Source: Malacoraja senta (lineage: Eukaryota). From it: a DNA stretch of 54,023 bases. Position numbers and translations under genes: made by a program. This document shows, piece by piece, positions 37,001-49,000 of this stretch. Positions within the stretch are counted from its first letter, which is position 1, and each line of letters begins with the position of its first letter. The notes below the pieces were generated by a model. It saw only the letters and a list, made by a program, of their open reading frames with translations. It did not search any database and was not told the origin of the DNA. The stretch spans positions 209,011,978 to 209,066,000 of the forward strand of contig CM075977.1 of NCBI GenBank assembly GCA_038087875.1. The letters are read 5' to 3'.

Positions 37001-40000
37001 TGGAGAAGGCTGCAGTTTGTCTGAAACTTTCTCAGTTATTCCTGATTCATAAATTGCAGAGGGTTTCACAGTTGACGCCATAACCACTTTCCCTGCGATG
37101 GTTTCGATCTCAGTGATCACTGATGGTATTTCTGATGAGGCTTTTCCAATGACTGGTGTAACTGTATCATGAGGAGAAACCTCTTCTGTTTCACTGGTGA
37201 CTGGAACTAACACATATCTGGTTTCCTTCTCGCCAATCACGACAGTAGATGCAGACTTGTCAGTTGTTTGTGTGTGCACTTTAACCAGCAAACCATCCCA
37301 CTCTGTGTGTATCTCCGACGAGCCAGACCCAGAAATGTCCTCCTCACTCTCACGAATAACTGTCACGGTGCTCTGGGGAGTTTTTGCATCAACTAGAGTT
37401 TTAATGGTGACAGGTAAAAGGGTAGGGCTTATTTCTGTGGTGGAAATATCAGTTCCAAATTGTGCAATTTGTTTGGAAGTAATCAGCTCTTCACCAGAAC
37501 TCTCAAATTCTACAGAAGGAAGTAGTTTGACTGAAACTGTCTCTGTTATCTCCGTTTCCACAGTAGCTGGAGATTTCACAGTTGTTGCTGTAACCACTTT
37601 CTCTGGGATGGTTTTGATGCCGGTGATCACTGATGATGCTTCTGATGTGGTTTCTTGTAACTTTGTTTTCATTAATGGAGTACCAGTGACAGGGCGTTCT
37701 CCTTCGACTAGTCCTTTAGTCACTGAATCAAATGTATACCTGGTTTCTTTCTCACCGGCCACATCTGTTGCTGCAGACCTGTCTTCCACCTGTGTCTGGA
37801 CTTTTACCATCAAACCATCAGTGCGTGTGTGTGTGTCAGGTAATCCAGATGTTGTTATTCCAGTCTCTTGGTCAGTTGCTGCTGGAACAGCACTGTGAAG
37901 AGCTTCCTCATCCAATATAGTTCTGCTTGTCACTGGAGTTTCTTGGCTGCTCATCTCCAGTGTGGAAACATCAGGTTCAACCCGGCCAGTGTGTCCAATA
38001 CTCAATGTTTCTTCACCAGAACTCTCAAATTCTGGAGAAGGCTGCAGTTTGTCTGAAACTTTCTCAGTTATTCCTGATTCATAAATTGCAGAGGGTTTCA
38101 CAGTTGACGCCATAACCACTTTCCTTGCGATGGTTTCGATCTCAGTGATCACTGATGGTATTTCTGATGAGGCTTTTCCAATGACTGGTGTAACTGTATC
38201 ATGAGGAGAAACCTCTTCTGTTTCACTGGTGACTGGAACTAACACATATCTGGTTTCCTTCTCGCCAATCACGACAGTAGATGCAGACTTGTCAGTTGTT
38301 TGTGTGTGCACTTTAACCAGCAAACCATCCCACTCTGTGTGTATCTCCGACGAGCCAGACCCAGAAATGTCCTCCTCACTCTCACGAATAACTGTCACGG
38401 TGCTCTGGGGAGTTTTTGCATCAACTAGAGTTTTACTGGTGACAGGTAAAAGGGTAGGGCTTATTTCTGTGGTGGAAATATCAGTTCCAAATTGTGCAAT
38501 TTGTTTGGAAGTAATCAGCTCTTCACCAGAACTCTCAAATTCTACAGAAGGAAGTAGTTTGACTGAAACTGTCTCTGTTATCTCCGTTTCCACAGTAGCT
38601 GGAGATTTCACAGTTGTTGCTGTAACCACTTTCTCTGGGATGGTTTTGATGCCGGTGATCACTGATGATGCTTCTGATGTGGTTTCTTGTAACTTTGTTT
38701 TCATTAATGGAGTAGCAGTGACAGGGCGTTCTCCTTCGACTAGTTCTTTAGTCACTGAATCAAATGTATACCTGGTTTCTTTCTCACCGGCCACATCTGT
38801 TGCTGCAGACCTGTCTTCCACCTGTGTCTGGACTTTTACCATCAAACCATCAGTGCGTGTGTGTGTGTCAGGTAATCCAGATGTTGTTATTCCAGTCTCT
38901 TGGTCAGTTGCTGCTGGAACAGCACTGTGAAGAGCTTCCTCATCCAATATAGTTCTGCTTGTCACTGGAGTTTCTTGGCTGCTCATCTCCAGTGTGGAAC
39001 CATCAGTTTCAAAAAGGCCAGTGTGTCCAATACTCAATGTTTCTTCACCAGAACTCTCAAATTCTGGAGAAGGCTGCAGTTTGTCTGAAACTTTCTCAGT
39101 TATTCCTGATTCATAAATTGCTGAGGGATTCACAGTTGACGCCATAACCACTTTCCCTGCGATGGTTTTGATCTCAGTGATCACTGATGGTATTTCCGAT
39201 GAGGCTTTTCCAATGACTGGTGTAACTGTATCATGAGGAGAAACCTCTTCTGTTTCGCTGGTGACTGGAACTAACACATATCTGGTTTCCTTCTCGCCAA
39301 TCACGACAGTAGATGCAGACATGTCAGTTGTTTGTGTGTGCACTTTAACCAGCAAACCATCCCACTCTGTGTGTATCTCCGACGAGCCAGACCCAGAAAT
39401 TTCCTCCTCATTGTCACGAATAACTGTCACGGTGCTCTGGGGAGTTTTTGCATCAACTAGAGTTTTACTGGTGACAGGTAAAAGGGTAGAGCTTATTTCT
39501 GTGGTGGAAATATCAGTTCCAAATTGTGCAATTTGTTTGGAAGTAATCAGCTCTTCACCAGAACTCTCAAATTCTACCGAAGGACGTAGTTTGACTGAAA
39601 CTTTCTCTGTTATCTCCGTTTCCACAGTAGCTGGAGATTTCACAGTTGTTGCTGTAACCACTTTCTCTGGGATGGTTTTGATGCCGGTGATCACTGATGA
39701 TGCTTCTGATGTGGTTTCTTGTAACTTTGTTTTCATTAATGGAGTAGCAGTGACAGGGCGTTCTCCTTCGACTAGTTCTTTTGTCACTGAATCAAATGTA
39801 TACCAGGTTTCTTTCTCACCGGCCACATCTGTTGCTGCAGACCTGTCTTCCACCTGTGTCTGGACTTTTACCATCAAACCATCAGTGCGTGTGTGTGTGT
39901 CAGGTAATCCAGATGTTGTTATTCCAGTCTCTTGGTCAGTTGCTGCTGGAACAGCACTGTGAAGAGCTTCCTCATCCAATATAGTTCTGCTTGTCACTGG

Positions 40001-43000
40001 AGTTTCTTGGCTGCTCATCTCCAGTGTGGAAACATCAGGTTCAACCCGGCCAGTGTGTCCAATACTCAATGTTTCTTCACCAGAACTCTCAAATTCTGGA
40101 GAAGGCTGCAGTTTGTCTGAAACTTTATCAGTTATTCCTGATTCATAAATTGCAGAGGGTTTCACAGTTGACGCCATAACCACTTTCCCTGCGATGGTTT
40201 CTATCTCAGTGATCACTGATGGTATTTCTGATGAGGCTTTTCCAATGACTGGTGTAACTGTATCATGAGGAGAAACCTCTTCTGTTTCACTGGTGACTGG
40301 AACTAACACATATCTGGTTTCCTTCTCGCCAATCACGACAGTAGATGCAGACTTGTCAGTTGTTTGTGTGTGCACTTTAACCAGCAAACCATCCCACTCT
40401 GTGTGTATCTCCGACGAGCCAGACCCAGAAATGTCCTCCTCACTCTCACGAATAACTGTCACGGTGCTCTGGGGAGTTTTTGCATCAACTAGAGTTTTAC
40501 TGGTGACAGGTAAAAGGGTAGGGCTTATTTCTGTGGTGGAAATATCAGTTCCAAATTGTGCAATTTGTTTGGAAGTAATCAGCTCTTCACCAGAACTCTC
40601 AAATTCTACAGAAGGAAGTAGTTTGACTGAAACTGTCTCTGTTATCTCCGTTTCCACAGTAGCTGGAGATTTCACAGTTGTTGCTGTAACCACTTTCTCT
40701 GGGATGGTTTTGATGCCGGTGATCACTGATGATGCTTCTGATGTGGTTTCTTGTAACTTTGTTTTCATTAATGGAGTAGCAGTGACAGGGCGTTCTCCTT
40801 CGACTAGTTCTTTAGTCACTGAATCAAATGTATACCTGGTTTCTTTCTCACCGGCCACATCTGTTGCTGCAGACCTGTCTTCCACCTGTGTCTGGACTTT
40901 TACCATCAAACCATCAGCGCGTGTGTGTGTGGCAGGTAATCCAGATGTTGTTATTCCAGTCTCTTGGTCAGTTGCTGCTGGAACAGCACTGTGAAGAGCT
41001 TCCTCATCCAATATAGTTCTGCTTGTCACTGGAGTTTCTTGGCTGCTCATCTCCAGTGTGGAACCATCAGTTTCAAAAAGGCCAGTGTGTCCAATACTCA
41101 ATTTTTCTTCACTAGAACTCTCAAATTCTGGAGAAGGCTGCAGTTTGTCTGAAACTTTCTCAGTTATTCCTGATTCATAAATTGCTGAGGGATTCACAGT
41201 TGACGCCATAACCACTTTCCCTGCGATGGTTTTGATCTCAGTGATCACTGATGGTATTTCCGATGAGGCTTTTCCAATGACTGGTGTAACTGTATCATGA
41301 GGAGAAACCTCTTCTGTTTCGCTGGTGACTGGAACTAACACATATCTGGTTTCCTTCTCGCCAATCACGACAGTAGATGCAGACATGTCAGTTGTTTGTG
41401 TGTGCACTTTAACCAGCAAACCATCCCACTCTGTGTGTATCTCCGACGAGCCAGACCCAGAAATTTCCTCCTCACTGTCACGAATAACTGTCACGGTGCT
41501 CTGGGGAGTTTTTGCATCAACTAGAGTTTTACTGGTGACAGGTAAAAGGGTAGAGCTTATTTCTGTGGTGGAAATATCAGTTCCAAATTGTGCAATTTGT
41601 TTGGAAGTAATCAGCTCTTCACCAGAACTCTCAAATTCTACCGAAGGACGTAGTTTGACTGAAACTTTCTCTGTTATCTCCGTTTCCACAGTAGCTGGAG
41701 ATTTCCCAGTTGTTGCTGTAACCACTTTCTCTGGGATGGTTTTGATGCCGGTGATCACTGATGATGCTTCTGATGTGGTTTCTTGTAACTTTGTTTTCAT
41801 TAATGGAGTAGCAGTGACAGGGCGTTCTCCTTCGACTAGTTCTTTTGTCACTGAATCAAATGTATACCTGGTTTCTTTCTCACCTGCCACATCTGTTGCT
41901 GCAGACCTGTCTTCCACCTGTGTCTGGACTTTTACCATCAAACCATCAGTGCGTGTGTGTGTGTCAGGTAATCCAGATGTTGTTATTCCAGTCTCTTGGT
42001 CAGTTGCTGCTGGAACAGCACTGTGAAGAGCTTCCTCATCCAATATAGTTCTGCTTGTCACTGGAGTTTCTTGGCTGCTCATCTCCAGTGTGGAAACATC
42101 AGGTTCAACCCGGCCAGTGTGTCCAATACTCAATGTTTCTTCACCAGAACTCTCAAATTCTGGAGAAGGCTGCAGTTTGTCTGAAACTTTCTCAGTTATT
42201 CCTGATTCATAAATTGCAGAGGGTTTCACAGTTGACGCCATAACCACTTTCCCTGCGATGGTTTCGATCTCAGTGATCACTGATGGTATTTCTGATGAGG
42301 CTTTTCCAATGACTGGTGTAACTGTATCATGAGGAGAAACCTCTTCTGTTTCACTGGTGACTGGAACTAACACATATCTGGTTTCCTTCTCGCCAATCAC
42401 GACAGTAGATGCAGACTTGTCAGTTGTTTGTGTGTGCACTTTAACCAGCAAACCATCCCACTCTGTGTGTATCTCCGACGAGCCAGACCCAGAAATGTCC
42501 TCCTCACTCTCACGAATAACTGTCACGGTGCTCTGGGGAGTTTTTGCATCAACTAGAGTTTTACTGGTGACAGGTAAAAGGGTAGAGCTTATTTCTGTGG
42601 TGGAAATATCAGTTCCAAATTGTGCAATTTGTTTGGAAGTAATCAGCTCTTCACCAGAACTCTCAAATTCTACAGAAGGAAGTAGTTTGACTGAAACTGT
42701 CTCTGTTATCTCCGTTTCCACAGTAGCTGGAGATTTCACAGTTGTTGCTGTAACCACTTTCTCTGGGATGGTTTTGATGCCGGTGATCACTGATGATGCT
42801 TCTGATGTGGTTTCTTGTAACTTTGTTTTCATTAATGGAGTACCAGTGACAGGGCGTTCTCCTTCGACTAGTCCTTTAGTCACTGAATCAAATGTATACC
42901 TGGTTTCTTTCTCACCGGCCACATCTGTTGCTGCAGACCTGTCTTCCACCTGTGTCTGGACTTTTACCATCAAACCATCAGTGCGTGTGTGTGTGTCAGG

Positions 43001-46000
43001 TAATCCAGATGTTGTTATTCCAGTCTCTTGGTCAGTTGCTGCTGGAACAGCACTGTGAAGAGCTTCCTCATCCAATATAGTTCTGCTTGTCACTGGAGTT
43101 TCTTGGCTGCTCATCTCCAGTGTGGAAACATCAGGTTCAACCCGGCCAGTGTGTCCAATACTCAATGTTTCTTCACCAGAACTCTCAAATTTTGGAGAAG
43201 GCTGTAGTTTGTCTGAAACTTTCTCAGTTATTCCCGATTCATAAATTGCAGAGGGTTTCACAGTTGACGCCATAACCACTTTCCCTGCGATGGTTTCGAT
43301 CTCAGTGATCACTGATGGTATTTCTGATGAGGCTTTTCCAATGACTGGTGTAACTGTATCATGAGGAGAAACCTCTTCTGTTTCACTGGTGACTGGAACT
43401 AACACATATCTGGTTTCCTTCTCGCCAATCACGACAGTAGATGCAGACTTGTCAGTTGTTTGTGTGTGCACTTTAACCAGCAAACCATCCCACTCTGTGT
43501 GTATCTCCGACGAGCCAGACCCAGAAATGTCCTCCTCACTCTCACGAATAACTGTCACGGTGCTCTGGGGAGTTTTTGCATCAACTAGAGTTTTACTGGT
43601 GACAGGTAAAAGGGTAGAGCTTATTTCTGTGGTGGAAATATCAGTTCCAAATTGTGCAATTTGTTTGGAAGTAATCAGCTCTTCACCAGAACTCTCAAAT
43701 TCTACAGAAGGAAGTAGTTTGACTGAAACTGTCTCTGTTATCTCCGTTTCCACAGTAGCTGGAGATTTCACAGTTGTTGCTGTAACCACTTTCTCTGGGA
43801 TGGTTTTGATGCCGGTGATCACTGATGATGCTTCTGATGTGGTTTCTTGTAACTTTGTTTTCATTAATGGAGTACCAGTGACAGGGCGTTCTCCTTCGAC
43901 TAGTCCTTTAGTCACTGAATCAAATGTATACCTGGTTTCTTTCTCACCGGCCACATCTGTTGCTGCAGACCTGTCTTCCACCTGTGTCTGGACTTTTACC
44001 ATCAAACCATCAGTGCGTGTGTGTGTGTCAGGTAATCCAGATGTTGTTATTCTAGTCTCTTGGTCAGTTGCTGCTGGAACAGCACTGTGAAGAGCTTCCT
44101 CATCCAATATAGTTCTGCTTGTCACTGGAGTTTTTTGGCTGCTCATCTCCAGTGTGGAAACATCAGGTTCAACCCGGCCAGTGTGTCCAATACTCAATGT
44201 TTCTTCACCAGAACTCTCAAATTCTGGAGAAGGCTGCAGTTTGTCTGAAACTTTCTCAGTTATTCCCGATTCATAAATTGCAGAGGGTTTCACAGTTGAC
44301 GCCATAACCACTTTCCCTGCGATGGTTTCGATCTCAGTGATCACTGATGGTATTTCTGATGAGGCTTTTCCAATGACTGGTGTAACTGTATCATGAGGAG
44401 AAACCTCTTCTGTTTCACTGGTGACTGGAACTAACACATATCTGGTTTCCTTCTCGCCAATCACGACAGTAGATGCAGACTTGTCAGTTGTTAGTGTGTG
44501 CACTTTAACCAGCAAACCATCCCACTCTGTGTGTATCTCCGACGAGCCAGACCCAGAAATGTCCTCCTCACTCTCACGAATAACTGTCACGGTGCTCTGG
44601 GGAGTTTTTGCATCAACTAGAGTTTTACTGGTGACAGGTAAAAGGGTAGGGCTTATTTCTGTGGTGGAAATATCAGTTCCAAATTGTGCAATTTGTTTGG
44701 AAGTAATCAGCTCTTCACCAGAACTCTCAAATTCTACAGAAGGAAGTAGTTTGACTGAAACTGTCTCTGTTATCTCCGTTTCCACAGTAGCTGGAGATTT
44801 CACAGTTGTTGCTGTAACCACTTTCTCTGGGATGGTTTTGATGCCGGTGATCACTGATGATGCTTCTGATGTGGTTTCTTGTAACTTTGTTTTCATTAAT
44901 GGAGTACCAGTGACAGGGCGTTCTCCTTCGACTAGTTCTTTTGTCACTGAATCAAATGTATACCTGGTTTCTTTCTCACCGGCCACATCTGTTGCCTGCA
45001 TGAGGACTTTTACCATCAATCCTTCTCTATGTGTGTGTGCCTCAGGTAATGTAGATGTTGTTATTCCAGTCTCTTGATCAGTTGCTGCTGGAACAGTACT
45101 GTGAAGTACCTCCCCATCCAAAGATATTCTGCTGGTCACTGGAGTTTCTTGGCCCCTCACCTCTAATGTGGATGCACCAGGTTGAAACTGGCCAGTGGGT
45201 TTGATGTTAAATAATCCTTCACCAGAACTCTCAAACTCTGGAAAAGACGTTAGTTTGTCTGAAACTCGCTCCGTTATTCCAGATTCCTCAATTACTGGAG
45301 GTATCACAGTTGACTCCATATCCACTTTCTCTGGGGTGGTTTTGATTTCAGTGATGACTGACGGTGCCTCTGATGAGGATTGTTGAGATGTTTTTTCAAT
45401 TGCAGGTGTAACGGTATCATGGGGAACTCTCTCCTCTACTTCACTGGTTACTGAAGCTGATGCATATCTGGTTACCTTGTCACCATCCGCAACTGTTGAA
45501 GCAGCAGACTCATCTGTCACCTGGGTGTACCCTATCATCGGCACACCAACGTCCCTCTCTGTTGTTGCCTCTGTCCAGCCCGACGCAGTAGAATGCTCCT
45601 CACTCTCACCTGCAACTGGAACTGTGCTGTAGGGAACTTCCCCATCCATTAAAGTTTTACTAGTCACCGGTAAAAATGTAGAGCTCATTCCCATCATGGA
45701 AATATCAGGACCAAATTGAACAACTTGTTTGGAAGTAATCAGTTCTGCGCCAGAACTCTCAAATTCTAGAGGAGGCAGTTTGACGGAAACGTTCTCTGTT
45801 ATTCCTGATTCCACAGTTGCTGGAGATTTCACTGTTCTTGCTGTAACTGCTTTCTCTGGGATGGTTTTGACCTTAGTGATCATTGATGGTGTTTCTGAGG
45901 TGAATTCTTCTGACCTTTCTTTCATTACTGGGGTAGCAGTGACAGGGCGTTCTCCAGCATCCATTTTTCTTGTCACTGAATCAAATGTATATCTGGTTTC

Positions 46001-49000
46001 CTTATCAGCAAACACGACTGTAGCAGCAGACTTATCTTCCTCATCTATGTGGACTTTTACCATCAAACCTTCTCTCTGGGTGTGTGCCTCAGGTAATCCA
46101 GATATGGGTAATCCAGTCTCTTCATCGGGTGTTGCTGGTACAACACTCTGAAGTACCTCCCCATCCAATGATGTCCTGGTGGTCACTGGAGACTTGTGCC
46201 TGCTCACCTCTCGTGAGGAAACATCAGGATCAAACCGGCCAGTGTATTTAATAGTAAATATTCCTTCACCAGAACTCTCAAAATCTGGAGACGGGATTAG
46301 TTTGTCTGAAACTTTCTCCGTTATTCCTGATCTATCAATTGTTGGAGGTTTCACAGTTGACTCCACGACCACTTTCTCTGGAATGGTTTTGATCTCAGCA
46401 GTCACTGATGGTGCTTCTGATGAAGATTCTTGAGATACTTTTGCAATTGCAGGTGTAACAGTGTATTGGGGAATTCCCTCTTCTATTTCACTGCTGGCTG
46501 AATGGGATGTATATTTGGTTTCCTTATCGCCAACCACAACTGTTGAAGCAGGCTCGTTTGTCGTCTGTGTGCGGACTTTTACCAGCAAACCGTCCCTCGG
46601 TGTGTGTGTCTCCGCCCTCTCATGTGCAAATATGACAGTGCTGTGTGCAGCTTCCGCATCCACTGAAGCTTTACTGGACACTGGCGAAAGAGTAGACCTA
46701 ATTTCTAAAGTGGAGACGTCAGGTTCAAAGCGGCCAGTGTGTCCGGTCGTAAGCATTCCGTCTCCAGAAGTAATCAGCTCTTCACCAGAACTCTCAAATT
46801 CTGGAGAAGGAGTTAGTTTGACTGAAACTTTTGCTGTTATTCCCGATTCCATGGATGCAGGAGACTTTACTGTTGACTTTGTAACCACTTTCTCTGGGGT
46901 AGTTTTGATCTCTGTGATCACTGATGGTACTTCTGATGTGAATTCTGGTAACTTTTTTTTAATTACAGGGGCAGCAGTGACAGTGTGATCCCCTTCATCC
47001 ATTTTTTGTGTCACTGAATCAACCGTATAGGTTCCCTTATCACCATCCACAACTGTTGCTGCAGACTTGTCTTCCATCTCCGTGCGGTCTTTCACCTGGA
47101 AACCTTCAGTGCGTGTGTGTGCCTCAGTTAATCCAGATGTAGGTATTCCAGTCTCTCGATCGGGTGCTACAGGAACAGCACTGTGAAGTACATCCCCATC
47201 CAATGAAGTTCTGCTTGTCACTGTAGACTCATGGCGGCTTACCTCTGGTGTGGAAACATCAGGAAAAAAACGGCCTGTGGGTCTGATAGTAAACATTCCT
47301 TCACTGGAACTCTCAAAATCTGGGGAAAGGGGTAGTTCATCTGCAACTTTCTCCGTTATTCCTGATTCATCACTTGATGGAGGCTTCATAGTGGAGGCTG
47401 TAACCACTTTCTTTGGTGTTGCTTTGATCTCCGTGATCACTGATGGTGCTCCCGATGAGGTTTCTTGGGTTGTTTTTACAATTACAGGTTTAACAGTATC
47501 ATGAGGAGCTGCGTCTTCTACTTCACTGGTGACTGAAACTGATGTATATCTGGTTTCCTCGTGATCAACGATGACTGTTGATGTAGACTTTTCTGCCAGC
47601 TGTGTGTGGACTTTTACCAGCAAACCATCCCTCACTGTGTGTGCCTCCGGCAAACCAGAACCAGAAAATTCCTCCTCACTCTCACGTGTAACTGCAGCTG
47701 TACTGTGGAGAGCTGCCCCATCAACTAATGTTGTCTTGGTCACTGGTAAAGGTGTAGAGCTCATTTCTAATGTGGAATCGTCAGCCCCAAATTGAACCAT
47801 TTGTTTGGATGTAACCATTTTTTCACGAGAACTTACAATTTCTGGAGTAGGGGATGGTTTGACTGAAACTTTTTCCATTGTTCTGGTTTCCCCAATTGCT
47901 GGAGGTTTCAATGTTGATGCTGTAACCTTTTTCTCTGGGGTGGTTTTGAGCTCAGTGATGACTGATGGTCCTTCTGACGTGAATTCTTTTGACTTTTCTT
48001 GAATTACTGTGGAAGCATCATCTATTTCTCTTGTCACTGAATCAAATGTATATCCGGTTTCCTTGTCGCTAACCACAACTGTAGCAGCAGACTTGTCTTC
48101 CACTGTGTGGACTGTTACTAGCAAACCTTTCCTCTGGGTGTGTGCCTCAGGTAATCCAGATGTGGCTATTCCAGTATCTTGATCGTGTGCTGCTGGAACA
48201 GCACTGTGAAGGGTTACCTCATCCAATAATGTTCTGCTGGTCACTGGAGACTCATGGCTGCTCCCCTCAAGTGTGGAAATATCAGGACTGAACTGCCCTG
48301 TGGGTCTGACAGTAAACATTCCTGCACCAGAACTCTCAAAATCATGAGAAGATACTTCTTTGACTGGAGATTTCACTGTCAATACCTCAATTGTTGGATG
48401 TTTCACAGTTGATTCCACATCCATTATATCAGGGCTGGTTTTGCTCTCAGATATTACTGATGGTGTTTGCGATCTAACTGCGTGAGTTTGCTTATCAAAA
48501 GTCGTTGTGAGGGCATCATCGGGAATTCTCTCGTCCACTGCTTTTGTCGTCACTGAAACAGATGTCTGTAAGGTTTCCTTTTCAACGATCACTGTGGGCA
48601 CCTCTGTGAATGATAAAATAACTGTATCCTTACTCAGTGGTTCACCTGAACCTAACTCTGTAAATGGCGTGGCTATGCTTGTGGCTTCTTTAATTTTCTC
48701 GATGTCTTGGATTTTCTCCTCCACAGGTTTTGTTACTTTAGAAGAGTCCCATTCAGGTTTGTCGGTTACAATTTCAGTTCTGCTTATTGATAATTTGCTT
48801 GGTGTAATAGAACCTACTTCACGTTTTAGTTCCTCTGTACTTTCTTCTGGTTGTGATGTTTTGCCCTCACTGCCATCATATGATTCTGTGACAGCTTTAG
48901 TTTGTTCTCGCTTTCTTTCTGGGATCGTGGCTCGACCTTCCTCAGTTGCAGATGGTACAATAATACTGGGAGGGACAACTAACTTTGTAACCGGTGAAGG

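Noticed and set aside
29320-44995. CRISPR array or non-coding satellite
   Set aside because: No repeat-spacer structure. The unit is a multiple of 3, fully open on the minus strand, and lies in a vertebrate gene.
29015-45077. Repeating plus-strand 233-aa and 62-aa ORFs
   Set aside because: Antisense shadows of the S/T/E/V-rich versican repeat. They recur only because the DNA repeats and have no splice or domain support.
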